A stretch of DNA of 64,000 nt from Epithemia pelagica (GCA_946965045.2 OX337238.1:1798001-1862000); one strand, 5' to 3'. Numbered from the stretch's first letter, positions 25,065 through 37,683 are shown. Notes: a model not told the origin generated them from the letters alone. Made by a program: numbers and translations.

Positions 25065-28000
25065 ATGCCGGGAACAAGTCGACTCGGCCCTGGGTCCAGA
25101 GCATTCGTAAGAGGGAGCGACGAACCTATTCTCATTCTTCGAGCCTTGGGAAGCAAGTATTGGGAGGTCGAACGGCTTACCAAGAATGATGGCAACAGGA
25201 CCGGTGAGCTGATGAAGAAGACTTCGCATCAGCTTCGGAAGATTCAAGCAGGCGAGCGGTTCCCTGGTGCTTCGACTGCACCACTACGCCAGCCAGGACA
25301 AGGTCAACCGCAGCAAGAGGTGGCAATAAGAACAACAACAACTACTACAACAACTACATCAACAAGCAATGGGGGTGCCCAACAACAACAACTGCAGCAA
25401 GAAGAGCATCACGATGTCCTTGGCATCGTCGTATCACCATCAGCTGCCAACGAGAGGAGTCAAGAAGGAGAGCAGATAGGCATTGAAGTTGTTGCTCATC
25501 TGGGAAGCCACCAGGCAAACGAAAATTCCAACCAAACACAGCCTCCACAAGAATGCCACACCAGCCATGGAAATAGTAGTGAGGAGGAGGGTGGCGTTGA
25601 GTTTGTGGCTGCAAACAACAATTCTGTGGACGAGATTGTCATGCCGGTGCCATTGCCAGTTCCGAGGGCGGAACAAGGACAACCAGCCAACACATCCAAC
25701 ACCAGCCAACCATCGCAAGGAGCACAGAATGAGCGTGGTGGTACTGCACCCCCAGTGCAGACTCGTGTGGATGATGGCGCGGGGCACGTGGTTGAGACAG
25801 TCCTGCTCACCAACGACGGCGAGAGTAGTGGTGATAGTGGTGACAGCAACCTCGGAATTGGTGAGGAGCAGCCCCAAGAAGAGCAACCTACTAACACAAA
25901 TGCGAGAACAAATGCGACAAACGGGCAGCTCCCTCCTGGTCGTATCTACCACCGCACGAACGAGGACGATGAGATGTCGGACATGTCGTTGGATGACTAT
26001 TTCAACGGCATGGAAGACTTCCCATTTTTGTTCTCGGACGACGATGATGCAATTGACCCAAACAGTGTCGCGCTTGCCAACGAACTCGAAAGCCGACAAG
26101 TGTACCGGCGCCAATACGAGGCCTACATCAACCGAAAGAAGAAATTGGTCGAAGAAAACTGGACTGTCTGTATTGAACCTCCGAGCGAAAATGGAATCGA
26201 CATTGGGGATAGGGTCAGGGAAAATAGGAGGGACACTCCGCGTTTGGGCATTGTGGTTGCGAAGCACCCGGACAGTGTGCCGGGTACGCCTCTATGGGAC
26301 GTTCTCTGGGATGGCGAGGCTGATGTGGTCCGAGCACTTTCTGGTAGAAGGGAGCTTCGAAAGATATACGACAACCGTACTTTTAGTTGGCAGATTGTTG
26401 ATGGTGATTCAACACCAGACGACATTGTTGAGGAGTTTGAGCAAGTGGGTGTTGTTGGATTCGACTTCCACAGTGCTTTTGCTCATACGAACGTGTCGTC
26501 TGAGAACCCAAACTACAATTTTCCATTCATGCGGCTTCTGATGCATATGTGGCCAGGTAAGTCGTTGATTGTTGAGTTTGCCAAGAAATTGCATCACCTG
26601 GAGGATCTCATTGTGCTTCTTTATTGTTCAACAGGTAGTTGGCGAGAACAGCTCCACCGCCTCAACACAGCAATCAATGAGCGGAATGAAGGACGAATTC
26701 GGAGCCGACATCTCCGCTGCGTCACCGAGCACGAGTGGTGGGTATTCTGGGGCCTCATCATCGGAGCCGCCCCATGCCACAAAGGTGGAATTCGTTTGTT
26801 TGACGATGAGTCCGTAACGCATCGACAGTTCTCCCCCAAAATCAATGCAAGCAAAGGGGGGTTGAATGTCATGTCCAAGACGAGGTTCTTTGACATAAAA
26901 GAGGTTCTTCCCCGTGCCTTTGAGGGAGACAACCATGGTGCCAAATGGAATCAAATTATGCCATTGGTTGACGGATTCAACAAGAATCGCCGTCGGACTG
27001 TCGCTGCCTCATCGACAATTACGTTGGATGAGGCAATGAGTGCATTTCAGCCCAGAACAACGCAAACCTCAACCCTCCCTCACCTGTCTTACATTAAACG
27101 TAAGCCGAAGCCTCTGGGGACGGAGTTTAAGGTAAGATGGCTCCATCTTTTGTATTCCTACCACTTTGCCGACCACCTCATCTATTTGATTGTTGATTGT
27201 TTTGTGCCAACAGGTTGCGGGCGACACTGCCACAGGTTGCATGCTCTTCCTTGAAATACAGGAAGGGAAGATTCCAATGCGTCGCAAAAAGTTTATGGGG
27301 GATGCTGGAATGACGGCAGGCACATCCCTTCGCCTGGTGGAAGGATCTGAATATTCAGGTCAATCTGTTTTGGAGCGTGTGGAAGCTCAAAGCCAAGGGA
27401 GCAAGCGCCCCCTTGTATGTGCAGATTCATGGTTTGGCAGTGTGAGGTTAGTCGAGTGCCTCAAATGCATGTACCGGGAAACACGACAACCAACAGCTCT
27501 TGACCGCCGTGCATACAAACTGCATGTAGATAAAGAGCGTGGGAACAATGCCAACGCTCCGGAAGCTATATGCTCCATCAAGAGCAACACCGGCATGTTC
27601 CCTTTCGATGCATTAAAAAAAGAGATGGAGCCCTTCCCGTCCGGGGCATATCTTGTGATGGAATGTCTTGCGCCAGAAACCAACGTCAAACTGGTCGCCA
27701 TTGGATATAAGTATAATTCGCGCAAGACTCTCTTGTTTTGTATGTCAAAAGATGCGGAAACCACAGAACCGGGCTTTCCGTACGTTGCACGGTTTCCTGA
27801 CGAACATGGAAACGTCAGGGAGCGCCGGATCCTCCGCCCAAAATGCCTTTCAATCTACTTCGAAGCTGCGAACTTGATTGATGTTCACAATCATCTCCGA
27901 CAAGGCGTGTTGAGACTTGAGATGCTGTGGAAGACACCGAACCCATGGTTTCGGTTAATCACAACAATAATCGGAATCACTGTGGTTGATTGTTTCCTTG

Positions 28001-28746
28001 CAACAAAATATCATGTGGGTGGTCGATATTTTCCCGTTGCATCAGGGATTGAGCAATTTGCAGATTACTTGGCGTGGGATCTCACGCACAACAAGTTCAG
28101 CAACAATCTCGACCGTAGTGGACAGGTCAACCCAAGTATTGTCTCGAACCTTGTCAATACAGCTTCAGGTGATGCTTGTGGAGACATGTCCATCACAGAG
28201 CGGGCAACACGATATGCAAGGCAGATGCTCGAAGACGCCTTCGCCCACCAGTTTGGAGGGGCTTCGTCTCGTGGTGTAGGCGCAAGATGCCCTGCTCCCA
28301 TTTCCATTATTGACTTGCAATCCACAGATTCGATACCTGTTGTCTCTCCGATGGAATCACTGTTGTCAGGTCAGGATGGTGGGAGCTCTACTGGAACTTC
28401 CGACCATTGTCTTCCTTGCAATTCTCGACAAGAACCACCAGCGGGTCTTTGGGTTCACCAGCCAATGCACAACCCAGACAAGGTCAAAGATCCTGATGGC
28501 AAAATAAGGCCATCCGCACGCCACTGTGTAATCTGTGGGTATAAAACAAGGTTGATTTGTGCACATTCCTCTTGTCGTGCCAAATCAATGACGCGAAAGA
28601 TCAAAGGAAAAGAAGAGTTAAAGATTCTTTGGGGCGTCCCAATCTGCAATAGCAACATAATTCGCGAAGACTTCGATAAACCCTGTGTTGAGGTGCACAG
28701 AATCCGGATGGAAGCCTTGCAGCTCCAACAACAAAATACGGCATGA
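25065..28746 (+). CDS. piggyBac-family (DDE_Tnp_1_7-like) transposase with two introns
   Basis: Catalytic-type motifs ITLDEAMSAF, KRKPKPLGTEFK, LVCADSWFGSV and IDVHNHLRQ, plus a C-terminal Cys-rich region (RHCVICG...ICAHSSC...C...CVEVH). Introns about 26557-26633 and 27132-27213. Confidence 0.85.
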
Positions 28747-28863
28747 TATGACGGCGGTTCTACGAATCTCCCAATATGCAAATGTGAATACATGGTACAT
28801 GATTAGGTAACAACAATATATAGTTTATTTCTGGTTATGAAGCAGTTCCATCAATAGTTGGAA

Positions 28864-28975
28864 CGACAAGTTGCAACTTAGTTGGTGATTCGCAACTATA
28901 AGTTGCAACTTAGTTGGTGCGACAAGTTGCAACTTAGTTGGTGATTCGTAACTACAAGTTGCAACTTAGTTGGTG
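28864..28975. repeat. Two 56-bp units holding four copies of AAGTTGCAACTTAGTTGGTG
   Basis: Copies at 28868, 28900, 28924 and 28956, each starting with the 12-bp palindrome AAGTTGCAACTT. Spacers are 12, 4 and 12 nt. Confidence 0.95.
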
Positions 28976-29050
28976 ATTGCTACATTGCATCGCCGTAAAG
29001 TTGGATCAATTGATCGATAGGAAAATTTACTAAGGTATTATACTCCCGTT

Positions 29051-29734
29051 CTACAAGTTTAGTTTCTTCACTGCGATCATGTTGGAATCAAGAAGGTTGT
29101 CCTTGTTTTCCATGTGGCCACAAAGTTTCCCGTTGACCAGTTTCAACAGTGTTGTGGCTCCGACAACACTCATCTTCACAGTGACAACCATAGGTTCCAT
29201 TGTTATCACTGTGTTAAGTGAGTGGGTTGTCGGGATGGCAATCCTGCTCTTAATGACTTTACGACTGTTTGAGCGAAGAATCACACCCTCCAGCTGATTG
29301 TTGATGTACTCGAGTGGGATCACCATCTCCGGAACCGAATCGTCCATTTTAGAACGATCAAAGAGGCGAATTGAAAATGCGTTTGGGCTCAATTGAGACA
29401 AAAAGGTTCGCTGAAGAAGAAGAACACCACGGTCAACAATCAACCGACCATCGCCTTCATCCTTTTCTCCACCAGCCGACCTGAGATATGCATTCACCCC
29501 CGACTCACCAAAGACCGTCACCGTCTCACCCTTGGTGTCGAGCTTCTGCCCACCATCACATATAATTGTGAACCCATTTGCAAGTTGCATGGTCTCAAAT
29601 TTCTTGCTGGTTGTAAGCTGTGCCATTGTTCGGGATGACGGATTTGTTTGAGCTTTGCAGAAGTGTGAGTGAGGAAGATCTCTGCAACACAGTTGGATTG
29701 TCACTTCATTCTTACTTACAATTCTTGCCTGCAA
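29051..29734 (-). CDS. Hypothetical protein inside the transposon (likely ATG at 29626)
   Basis: 227-codon open frame with globular-looking composition; no family recognised. Confidence 0.45.
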   Translation of the reverse strand: MQARIVSKNEVTIQLCCRDLPHSHFCKAQTNPSSRTMAQLTTSKKFETMQLANGFTIICDGGQKLDTKGETVTVFGESGVNAYLRSAGGEKDEGDGRLIVDRGVLLLQRTFLSQLSPNAFSIRLFDRSKMDDSVPEMVIPLEYINNQLEGVILRSNSRKVIKSRIAIPTTHSLNTVITMEPMVVTVKMSVVGATTLLKLVNGKLCGHMENKDNLLDSNMIAVKKLNL

Positions 29735-29958
29735 TGGGAGAACAAACTATGTATCTATCGAGAAGCACAGTATTGCTGACTATCTATCTGTCGGGACGAG
29801 GCACAGTATTGCTGGATCCTATTCTTGTTCTTTGATGGCGGTCGTCTTGAGGTCGAATTATAGATTTGTGAGCGGACGACTTTTTCGCGCCAAGCAATCG
29901 TGGGGCGCGCACCTCTTAATTAACTAAATTTTCTTGGCTTGCGTGACTTCGGTACCTA

Positions 29959-30645
29959 TTGCAACAGACACGACCCATTGGCCTCATGTTTTCGATGCAT
30001 AGAGGGAGAGAAGAGACAGAACACAACAACAAGACCATGTCGACAATTGTCAACGGCCGTCGCACCAGTCTGCGCAACCAGAGACGCGTCATCGGACCAA
30101 CATTGCATGCGGATTCATCGTCATCCCCAAGCATGACCCTAACTCCAGTTTCCAACCAAGCTGCATCCAAGTCATCGTCGCGTCGCAAGAAGACAACAGC
30201 AACAAAAAAACCTTCAAGGAAAAAACCATCCGCAACAACTAAGACGAAGATTCAGAAGAACAAGAAGAAGAAGTCAGACACGTCAGTGGTGCACACAAAT
30301 GTGAAGGCAGAGCAGAAGAATGATGTTTTGGTCGAGAGCACCGCTGCTCAAGCTAAGGTTGTGGAAGAGAAGCGTGTCTTTGTTTTCCATTCAGAAAAGA
30401 AGCTCATGTCGTCACCTACTTTTGAAACAATGACCATTCACTTCAAGAAGGAGAAGAAGTCTCCAGGCAACAATCTGAAGTGCTCTCCCACTATGAAAAT
30501 TCATTTTGATGATGAGACGGCCAAGAATGGAGGTCTGATGCAGGGCAAGTCGGGGAAGCGCAATTCGTCCATAGGAGTGGACAGCAACCTCTCCTTTGAG
30601 TTTGCTGAGACTCAGGAGCCGTGCCTTGAGTACAAGTTTGAATGA
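29959..30645 (+). CDS. Hypothetical Lys-rich protein inside the transposon
   Basis: 228-codon ORF with basic NLS-like runs (KKNKKKK) and an internal repeat SPT..M.IHF. It ends just before the right TIR. Confidence 0.4.
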   Translation: MQQTRPIGLMFSMHRGREETEHNNKTMSTIVNGRRTSLRNQRRVIGPTLHADSSSSPSMTLTPVSNQAASKSSSRRKKTTATKKPSRKKPSATTKTKIQKNKKKKSDTSVVHTNVKAEQKNDVLVESTAAQAKVVEEKRVFVFHSEKKLMSSPTFETMTIHFKKEKKSPGNNLKCSPTMKIHFDDETAKNGGLMQGKSGKRNSSIGVDSNLSFEFAETQEPCLEYKFE

Positions 30646-30691
30646 TAGGAGATAACTAGTCCTAGAGAAGAGCTTGACATCAGTTTCTATA

Positions 30692-30937
30692 ATGTACCCA
30701 CAATGTGCCCACATAGTCAAAAAACTCAAGAAGCCACTGAGTGAGGCGCTCATATGACCAAGATATATTATATGTAGTCCAAATGGGGCATCAAATGGTG
30801 ACAGAGGATGACTTAAAGATTGGGAAGACGCATCAGATCATTGTCGTAGGGCTAATATTGGTCGAGTTCTATCTATTTCAAATGTCGTTCCCATGGGTCT
30901 GTTTTGGTCCGTCATGGGCACACCCGGAGACGAGGCA
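30692..30937 (-). repeat. Right terminal inverted repeat of the piggyBac-like element
   Basis: Reverse-complement homology to 24315-24561, extending weakly to about 30665 and 24636. Confidence 0.8.
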
Positions 30938-31169
30938 CTAGGGAGTATACGTCGCGTGAAGATGCGTCGACCAAATGCGACTCCGGGTTCTGTAGTCGCG
31001 GATGGCGTGTCTCGTCGTCGGCGGCGCTGCCATTCTTCTCTTCGCCGTCGGTCTGCACGACGGGGCAGTTGAGCGACGACGCTGCTGTCATCCAGCCATT
31101 TCGACGACGACGAGAAGTGTTGACCAAAGACTCTGTGTGTGAATTGAAGACATACAACAGAGCCCCAAC

Positions 31170-34100
31170 ATGAATCAAAGTGATCCAGAAGCCTCGATTC
31201 GGGCGGCCTACATTGATGCCAAAGCTCGTGGGTTGCCGGATTGCTGGAGATGCTCCATTGATGTGCGTTGCGTTCCAGCGTTCCGTCGTCGTTGCGACGT
31301 TGCGAAAATGAATCCGCAGTTGCTGGTTGTTCTCAACTCTCACTGGATTTCTGTGTCTTTCCTTGTTCCTCTACAGAAACGAAATCGACGAAAATGGACG
31401 GCACCGACTGGCGTAAGTAGCATTCTTGGAAGCCGTTTCAATCGATTGGTATGTAGTAGTTGTTGTGTCTTTTCTCACCGTGTTGTGTTCGGTTGGTGTG
31501 TTGGACGTGTTGTCTATGATTAGAGATCTTGCGATTCCATTCCCAAAGCATTGGCCATTTCGGTCGAACTTGGTTTATTGCCAGCGGACTTTCCCATTCA
31601 AGCCGGACCCAACAAACGCAAGCGATCTTCGGGAGGAGGTCCCAAACCCAAGCAGCAGGCGCCGCACGTGGCCTTGTCGTCCGACGATGGTGGTGGAGAG
31701 GCGGACGAATACGCTCCACCACCCACGGCGAAGCGCCGAACCAGTTCCACGGCTGCGGTAGAACCCGTCCTGGCGGCCGAAAAAGCCAAATCGTTGAAAC
31801 AACCCAATGACCTTGTGGCCGAATCCTCCTCCAAGAAACCAGTCAAACCGGAGGTACCCGTCAAGGCCTTGTTGTCATCCTCGTCCAGCGAAGAGGAGGA
31901 GGATGACCATTCCTTCAATGAGGCACCGCCGGAGCCCATGAACCCGGAAATTTCTTTGGATGGCTTGCGGCGGTCCGCGGCTCCAACGACGGTCCATTGG
32001 GATCCGTCGAGTGCCAATGGGAAATTGATTGGAATGTCGGTACGAGTGGCGGCTCCGGCGGGGTCTCCCTTTGGAGATTGGTTGGATGGTCGGGTCATTC
32101 TCTATGACCCCTTTACGCACAAACATAAAATCCAGTGGGAAATCCCGACCAGTGGGGATGGGTCCGATGGGGGGAGCCCGGCGACTGCGGTGGATACAAA
32201 AGTACTCAAGAAAATCAAGAAATCCGAGTCTACCAGCTGGATTTGGTTACGAAATGAGGAACACAACCTTTATATTGCCACAGAACTTGTTTGGGTACGT
32301 CGTGTCTTATATGTTGTATATGATTCGTCTTTATCAATCAATCTCTAACGCTTTCTGTCCTTTTACTTGATCACAGGCACATGTCAAGGGGTAAGTTTTA
32401 ATCGTCAGCAAGTCTTGGGTGATGTTGCTTGTGGGTGCTTACGAATTCATGTAGGTATGCGTGGTGGCCAGCTCTTGTTCGAGAAGCAAATACAGAAGAT
32501 ACGGGGATACCATCGTCTGCCACACCCGCCATGGGGAATCGATCGGTCAAGGTGGAATTCTTTGGGACGGGAGAAGTAGCAACCTTGCGTGACACGCCGG
32601 AATCCTTGAGGCCGTTCCATCCGCTCGAGGCTTTGGATCCGGTGGTGGCCAAGCACAAGAAGAAACGAAATGCCAAAGCCACGGCATTGGCAACCACGGA
32701 GTGGTATTCCATTCGTCATGCACGGAATCAGGCGGCTATATGGTTTGCGCGAAAAGGTATGTTGAGAAATTACAGTGGTTTCCACTATATGTATTTATAG
32801 CTTGGTATATTCTCACGTATTGCGTTTTTTTATGGTCGTGACTACCAGCATGGAATATGGCAAACATTGTGAGTGGTCAGGTTCCTTACATTGGAAAGCA
32901 AGTCCAGATTTTTCGCGACGATATCAACTACCCCTATGGCGACACCTTGACTGGAAAGGTCCATGCTTACAGCCACCATCAGCGGAAATGGCTTTGTTCG
33001 TATGAAATTTCGGACAAGAATGCCAAGTATGAAGCGAGCTGGATCAATTTGCAGAACAAGCAAGTTTCGACGAGGCTGCTTTCTCGCAAGGCAGCCAAAC
33101 ATAACCAACCACTCGAGGATCTTACGGCCCAAGATTTGCTGCCGTTTCTGTACGGATTCGAGTTGATCGATCCCGAAAAAAGCGACATGAATCTCGATTT
33201 TGTCGATAGCCAAGAGCTCAAGCTTCAAGAGGAACTATCGGAACTCTGGCAAGAGCGATGTCATGCATGTGTCGAGCCTTTGAAGAAAGATCAACCCGTG
33301 TTCAAATGTTCTGTGTGTAATTCGTCGCATCATTTGGGAGTAAGTTATGCAAAGTATCAATCATGTCAAGTCGTCATTGAATTTGCTTACCCTTTTTTGC
33401 CTTTGAAGTGCCTTGATCCTCCATTGACAGTCCAGTCCTTTAATCGTCTGTTGAGAGAGGGGAAGCCTTTGGTATGCAGCCGATGTGTTCCCTGTCGAGG
33501 GTGTTATCAACGAGACATTGTGTTTGGTACACATCAGTACAGTCCTTCGCCACCTTCTTTGTCTTTTCCAGAAGGGGAATCGCTGGATTTGTGCTCCATG
33601 TGCAAGGAGGCTTATGATCGGAAACAGTTCTGCCCCAATTGTGCACATTCCTGGGATGACGTCAAGTTCCAGAAAGTACGACGGCAGATTGAAAGCCTTG
33701 GACGAAACAACAACAGTGGTCCTGGTCGTAAACGCAAACTCCCGACCGACAGGATTACGCTGGAAGACTCGTCTTCTTTGTCCTTAACTGGACGGTTCAG
33801 CGTTGACACGTGTATTCCAGTCGGTGCCAAAATCGATCCATCCTGGTATGCTCCGGAAACTGTGGAATGGGGTTTCACAGAGATTGAAATGCTTGTATGT
33901 GATTCATGCAAGGTCTGGGTACATGCCGGATGCGTTCCTCTAAGTGAAGAAGAATACAATGAAACTTCCGAGGGGAACCACGAAATATTTAGCAAGGAAT
34001 TTTTGTGTCGTGTTTGTTGCAAACGACGATGTACCGAGTTGGTTCTCGCGCTGCAGCATGAGGACCGAATGAGTCTCTTTGCGGTGCCGGTTACTGAAGA

Positions 34101-37100
34101 CGCTGCACCCAATTATCGTGATGTCATCAAAGAACCTATGGATCTTCAGACCATGTTGCAACGTGCAGAGAACGATAACCATCAGCACTATGCCTGGGTT
34201 CGTGAATCTTTTGAACTCATGGTACTCAACGCTCTTACGTTCAACAATTTTGTAAGTAAAGGAAGATGATATGGCAGGTCTCGTTGTCAGCTGTTTCTTA
34301 CATGTCTTGTGCTTCAGAATACACGTGTTTGGAGCGAAGCTAAGAGGTACTACAATGCGTGCTTGGAAAATGTCTTTGCCGTTATTGGGAAAGCAGCGCC
34401 TGCTTCGAAATATGAGAATGATGTGATGAAGATTTTTGAAAAGGCAGAAGAAGCTAGAAAGAAAGAAGAAGATCGAAATCAGGTGGATGAAACTGTGGAA
34501 AAGAAAGACCTCGTTGCAGGTTCGCTGGCTCCCACTATCAAACTTCCATGTCTTCAGGAGTCGCCTCCTGATCAACCCTCTTGTGTTCCACATACTGAGG
34601 TTCAGCTCAAACCCGTAGATGCTTTCTTTTGGTCATGGAAAGATAGCTGCTTTACATGTGGGTCTAGCGGGTCACAGGAGACCATGCTCTTCTGTGTTGA
34701 TTGTGGCGAAGCTTATCATTCGTTTTGTGTGAACGCTCCGATACACAGCATGAGCGAATCGGCGGCATTGGGATGGAGATGCCCCAATTGTAAGGTCTGC
34801 GAGATCTCCGGAGATGTGCCACAGGACGAGACCAGTCTTGTATACTGCGAAATGTGTGATCGGGCTTACTCACTGCATCTTCTAGACCCGCCTCTTGAGA
34901 AAGCTCCTCCGGGACTTTTCATTTGTGGGCAGTGTGTTGATTGCAAGGTTTGCACAAACACAGCTGATCCCCGTGGTGCTAGCCTCAAGCACTGGTCTCG
35001 AGACCCAGAGAAGTGTTTCTCTTGCGGTGGTTGCGAAGGACTGATAAGCTCCGAGGGTGCTCTTTCATGCAACGTGTGTCGAAAACTTCTCCGTGGCGAT
35101 GAACCTAATCTTGTGAGCTGCATCGGTTGTGGATCTTATGTTCACAGTTCTTGTGATCCTCGGGCGGAAAGACATGTGAAGGCGCTGGAACCTGTCCCTC
35201 GCGCCTTGAAGGCACAGAAAATAAAGCCTCCAGATACGTATTTGTGCCCTACCTGCTACCAGCCTGCCGCAGACAACATACCAGAACGGACGGCGGTTGA
35301 CAGAAAAGATGCATATCGGCTGGCGTGGAAAGCTGTGAAAAACAATGAACTTCCGACTCTGGAAAGCCAATCACAAGTAGATATGTACAGAATGCTAACC
35401 GATCGAATCGAATGGGCGATTCGTGATCGCTGGAGGCATGAGTATATGGCTCTTATCGAAGATGGAATGAAGTTTTACGTAAAGGCGAAAAATGAAGAGG
35501 GCGACCCAAGCAGTATTGTACAACTCGTTTTCAATCGACTGGTAAACCTCCCTCTATGGAAAGCACAAAGAGCCTTGAGATTTGTGGCCATGGCGAGAAG
35601 GGCAAAGTGGGAGTCACGCATAGACCTTGATTCTATTCATCGTATTGTCATTGGCGCCAAACTTGCAGCGTCTTATATCGATGTTGCATGTCACGTAATG
35701 CAGCTCAACATCGAAGATCATGTACGCTTTGCGGGACGTATGGAAGAGCTTCTGGAGGCTCCCAATGAAGTTGGCATGTTTACTTTGATGAACGATGATT
35801 TTGAGCAGGATGTTAAAACCAGCGACTTGGACCTTTGTGATGTTGACATGAGTAAAACCAGTTCGGACGTCGGAAGCAGCCGCGGAAATCGCCATAATCG
35901 TTATGAAGATGACTTGGTCGAAGTTACTGTCCCAAAGCCTCTCGCAGGATGGGACAATGACGTTGACATTGGACAAACATCTGAGTGGGCGGACTCACGT
36001 GAGTGTTGTTTGTGCCATCTTTGTGGGGACGATGATGCAGTTCTCCCACACCCCGACGCTCGGGTTGAAGATTATTCAAGATGGGGACTTCCCGTGCAAC
36101 TTGGTCGACTCCTCCCCATGGCCGATGGAAATTGGATCCATACTTCATGTGCCCTTTGGTCATCTGAGGTTTACGAAGATGCAAATGACGGTCTGATCCA
36201 CGCTGTAGAGAAGGCAAGGGCCCGTGGGGCTCAACTGAAATGCTTCGGTTGTGGTAGATATGGCGCAACAGTGGGATGCAACAAGAGCAACTGCTCCTTT
36301 AACTACCATTACGCGTGTGCTAAAGTTTGCGATGCAGTGTTTACATGTGACCAGCATGTCTTCTGTGTGAATCACAGGTCAAAGTCAATTGAGCCTTTGA
36401 AGAAAGAAAGCTTCGACAAACCCTTGATTATAGCGCAGGACAAGAAATCGACTCTCTTGGAGAAGGAGGCGTCAGACTTGTCTGTTGAAGATCTCTGCGT
36501 TCGGGTCGGTGGGCTGGTGGTCCACAGCCTGGGAAAAATTGATCAATCGAAAGAGGGATATTTCAGCCAAGATCACGTTTTCCCATTGGGATATTTTGCG
36601 ACTAGAATATTTTGGTCCAGTGTTGAGCCTCGAAAGAGGACTGTCTACATATTGCAAGTCAGTGAAGGGGATGTGGATGGGCGGGTTGAGTTCTCGATAA
36701 CTCCGGCAGATAACACATCAGGGAAAATAAGAGGACACAGTATGTCGACCGTTTACTCATCGCTATTGGAACGCGTTCGGAAAGTAAATTCGAGATACTA
36801 TTCTCATGGAGATCTGTTTTCGACTCTCCCAATGGCGAGAAGGTCCAGGAGAAAGACATTTGGTTTGAACGGGCCTCAGTTTTTCGGATTCGGGTTGAGC
36901 TGTATTCGAAAACGGTTGGAACGACTCCCTGGAATAGAGGCCGTTGTTTGTTCCAAGTCAGCTCCGCCGTATCGGTTTTGCTTTGTTCAACCTGACGTTG
37001 AGGCAATTCGTGATCTCCAACGACGCAGAGCAGCGAGGAAAAGTGAGCTTTCTTTGGTGAACAGCACGGGATGTGCTCGCACGGAAGGTTTCAAACCAGT

Positions 37101-37683
37101 GGATACGACAGGACGAATTACGAGAGCTCTTGTTCGAAGTGCGGAGGAGCTGGGCAGTGAGGCCACCTCGGAATCAACGCTGACAAAGTTGTCCGATCGA
37201 AACGTGTATCAAATGAAGTACCGTGCGATGAAGGCTGTTCCCTTGGATCAGCGGCTTGTGGCGAGGCGATCACACATTCACGGATACGGCTTGTTCACCA
37301 AGATTGATATTCCGCGAAATGACCCTATTGTGGAATACGTTGGAGAAGTAATCCAAAAACGAATTGCCGATATTCGAGAGAAGCAATATGAAATATCTGG
37401 CGAGGGAAGCTGCTACATGTTCCGGTTGGATTTACACAGGATTGTGGATGCTACCATGATTGGTAGTATGGCTCGGTTCATGAACCACTCTTGTAGCGCC
37501 AACGCCTATGCCAAAATCATTTCGGTGGATACCGAATTTGGCCAAGACAAGAAAATTGTCGTGTTTGCCAATCGAGATATCAACGCTGGGGAGGAAATTA
37601 CGTATGATTACAAGTTTCCTGTGGAAGATGGATCACTGAAATGCATGTGTGGAGCACCGAATTGCATTGGACGTCTCAACTAG
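31170..37683 (+). CDS. Trithorax/MLL-like histone H3K4 methyltransferase (MBD-like, PWWP, PHDs, bromodomain, ePHD, FYRN/FYRC, SET, post-SET)
   Basis: Spliced WAHVKGYAWWPALV (PWWP); several PHD Cys/His patterns; bromodomain FAVPV...YRDVIKEPMDL; WIHTSCALWSSEV (ePHD); FYRN/FYRC; SET motifs ARFMNHSC and EEITYDYKF; post-SET CMCGAPNCIGRLN. Confidence 0.92.

Larger units (their letters stand above)
24311..30941 (+). mobile_element. piggyBac-like DNA transposon with long imperfect TIRs, bounded by CTAG
   Basis: Left end CTAGTGCCTCGTATCACCGTGTGCCCATTAC; reverse complement of right end CTAGTGCCTCGTCTCCGGGTGTGCCCATGAC. Homology continues about 245 bp inward. The element encloses a piggyBac-type transposase. 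Confidence 0.8.

Noticed and set aside
28864-28975. CRISPR array
   Set aside because: Spacers are only 4-12 nt and two are near-identical, there are no cas genes, and the context is eukaryotic. It is a tandem repeat.
29796-29805. Internal GACGAGGCAC matching the right terminus (possible nested end)
   Set aside because: Only 10 bp match, it is not followed by TAG, and there is no adjoining TIR homology. It could be chance.
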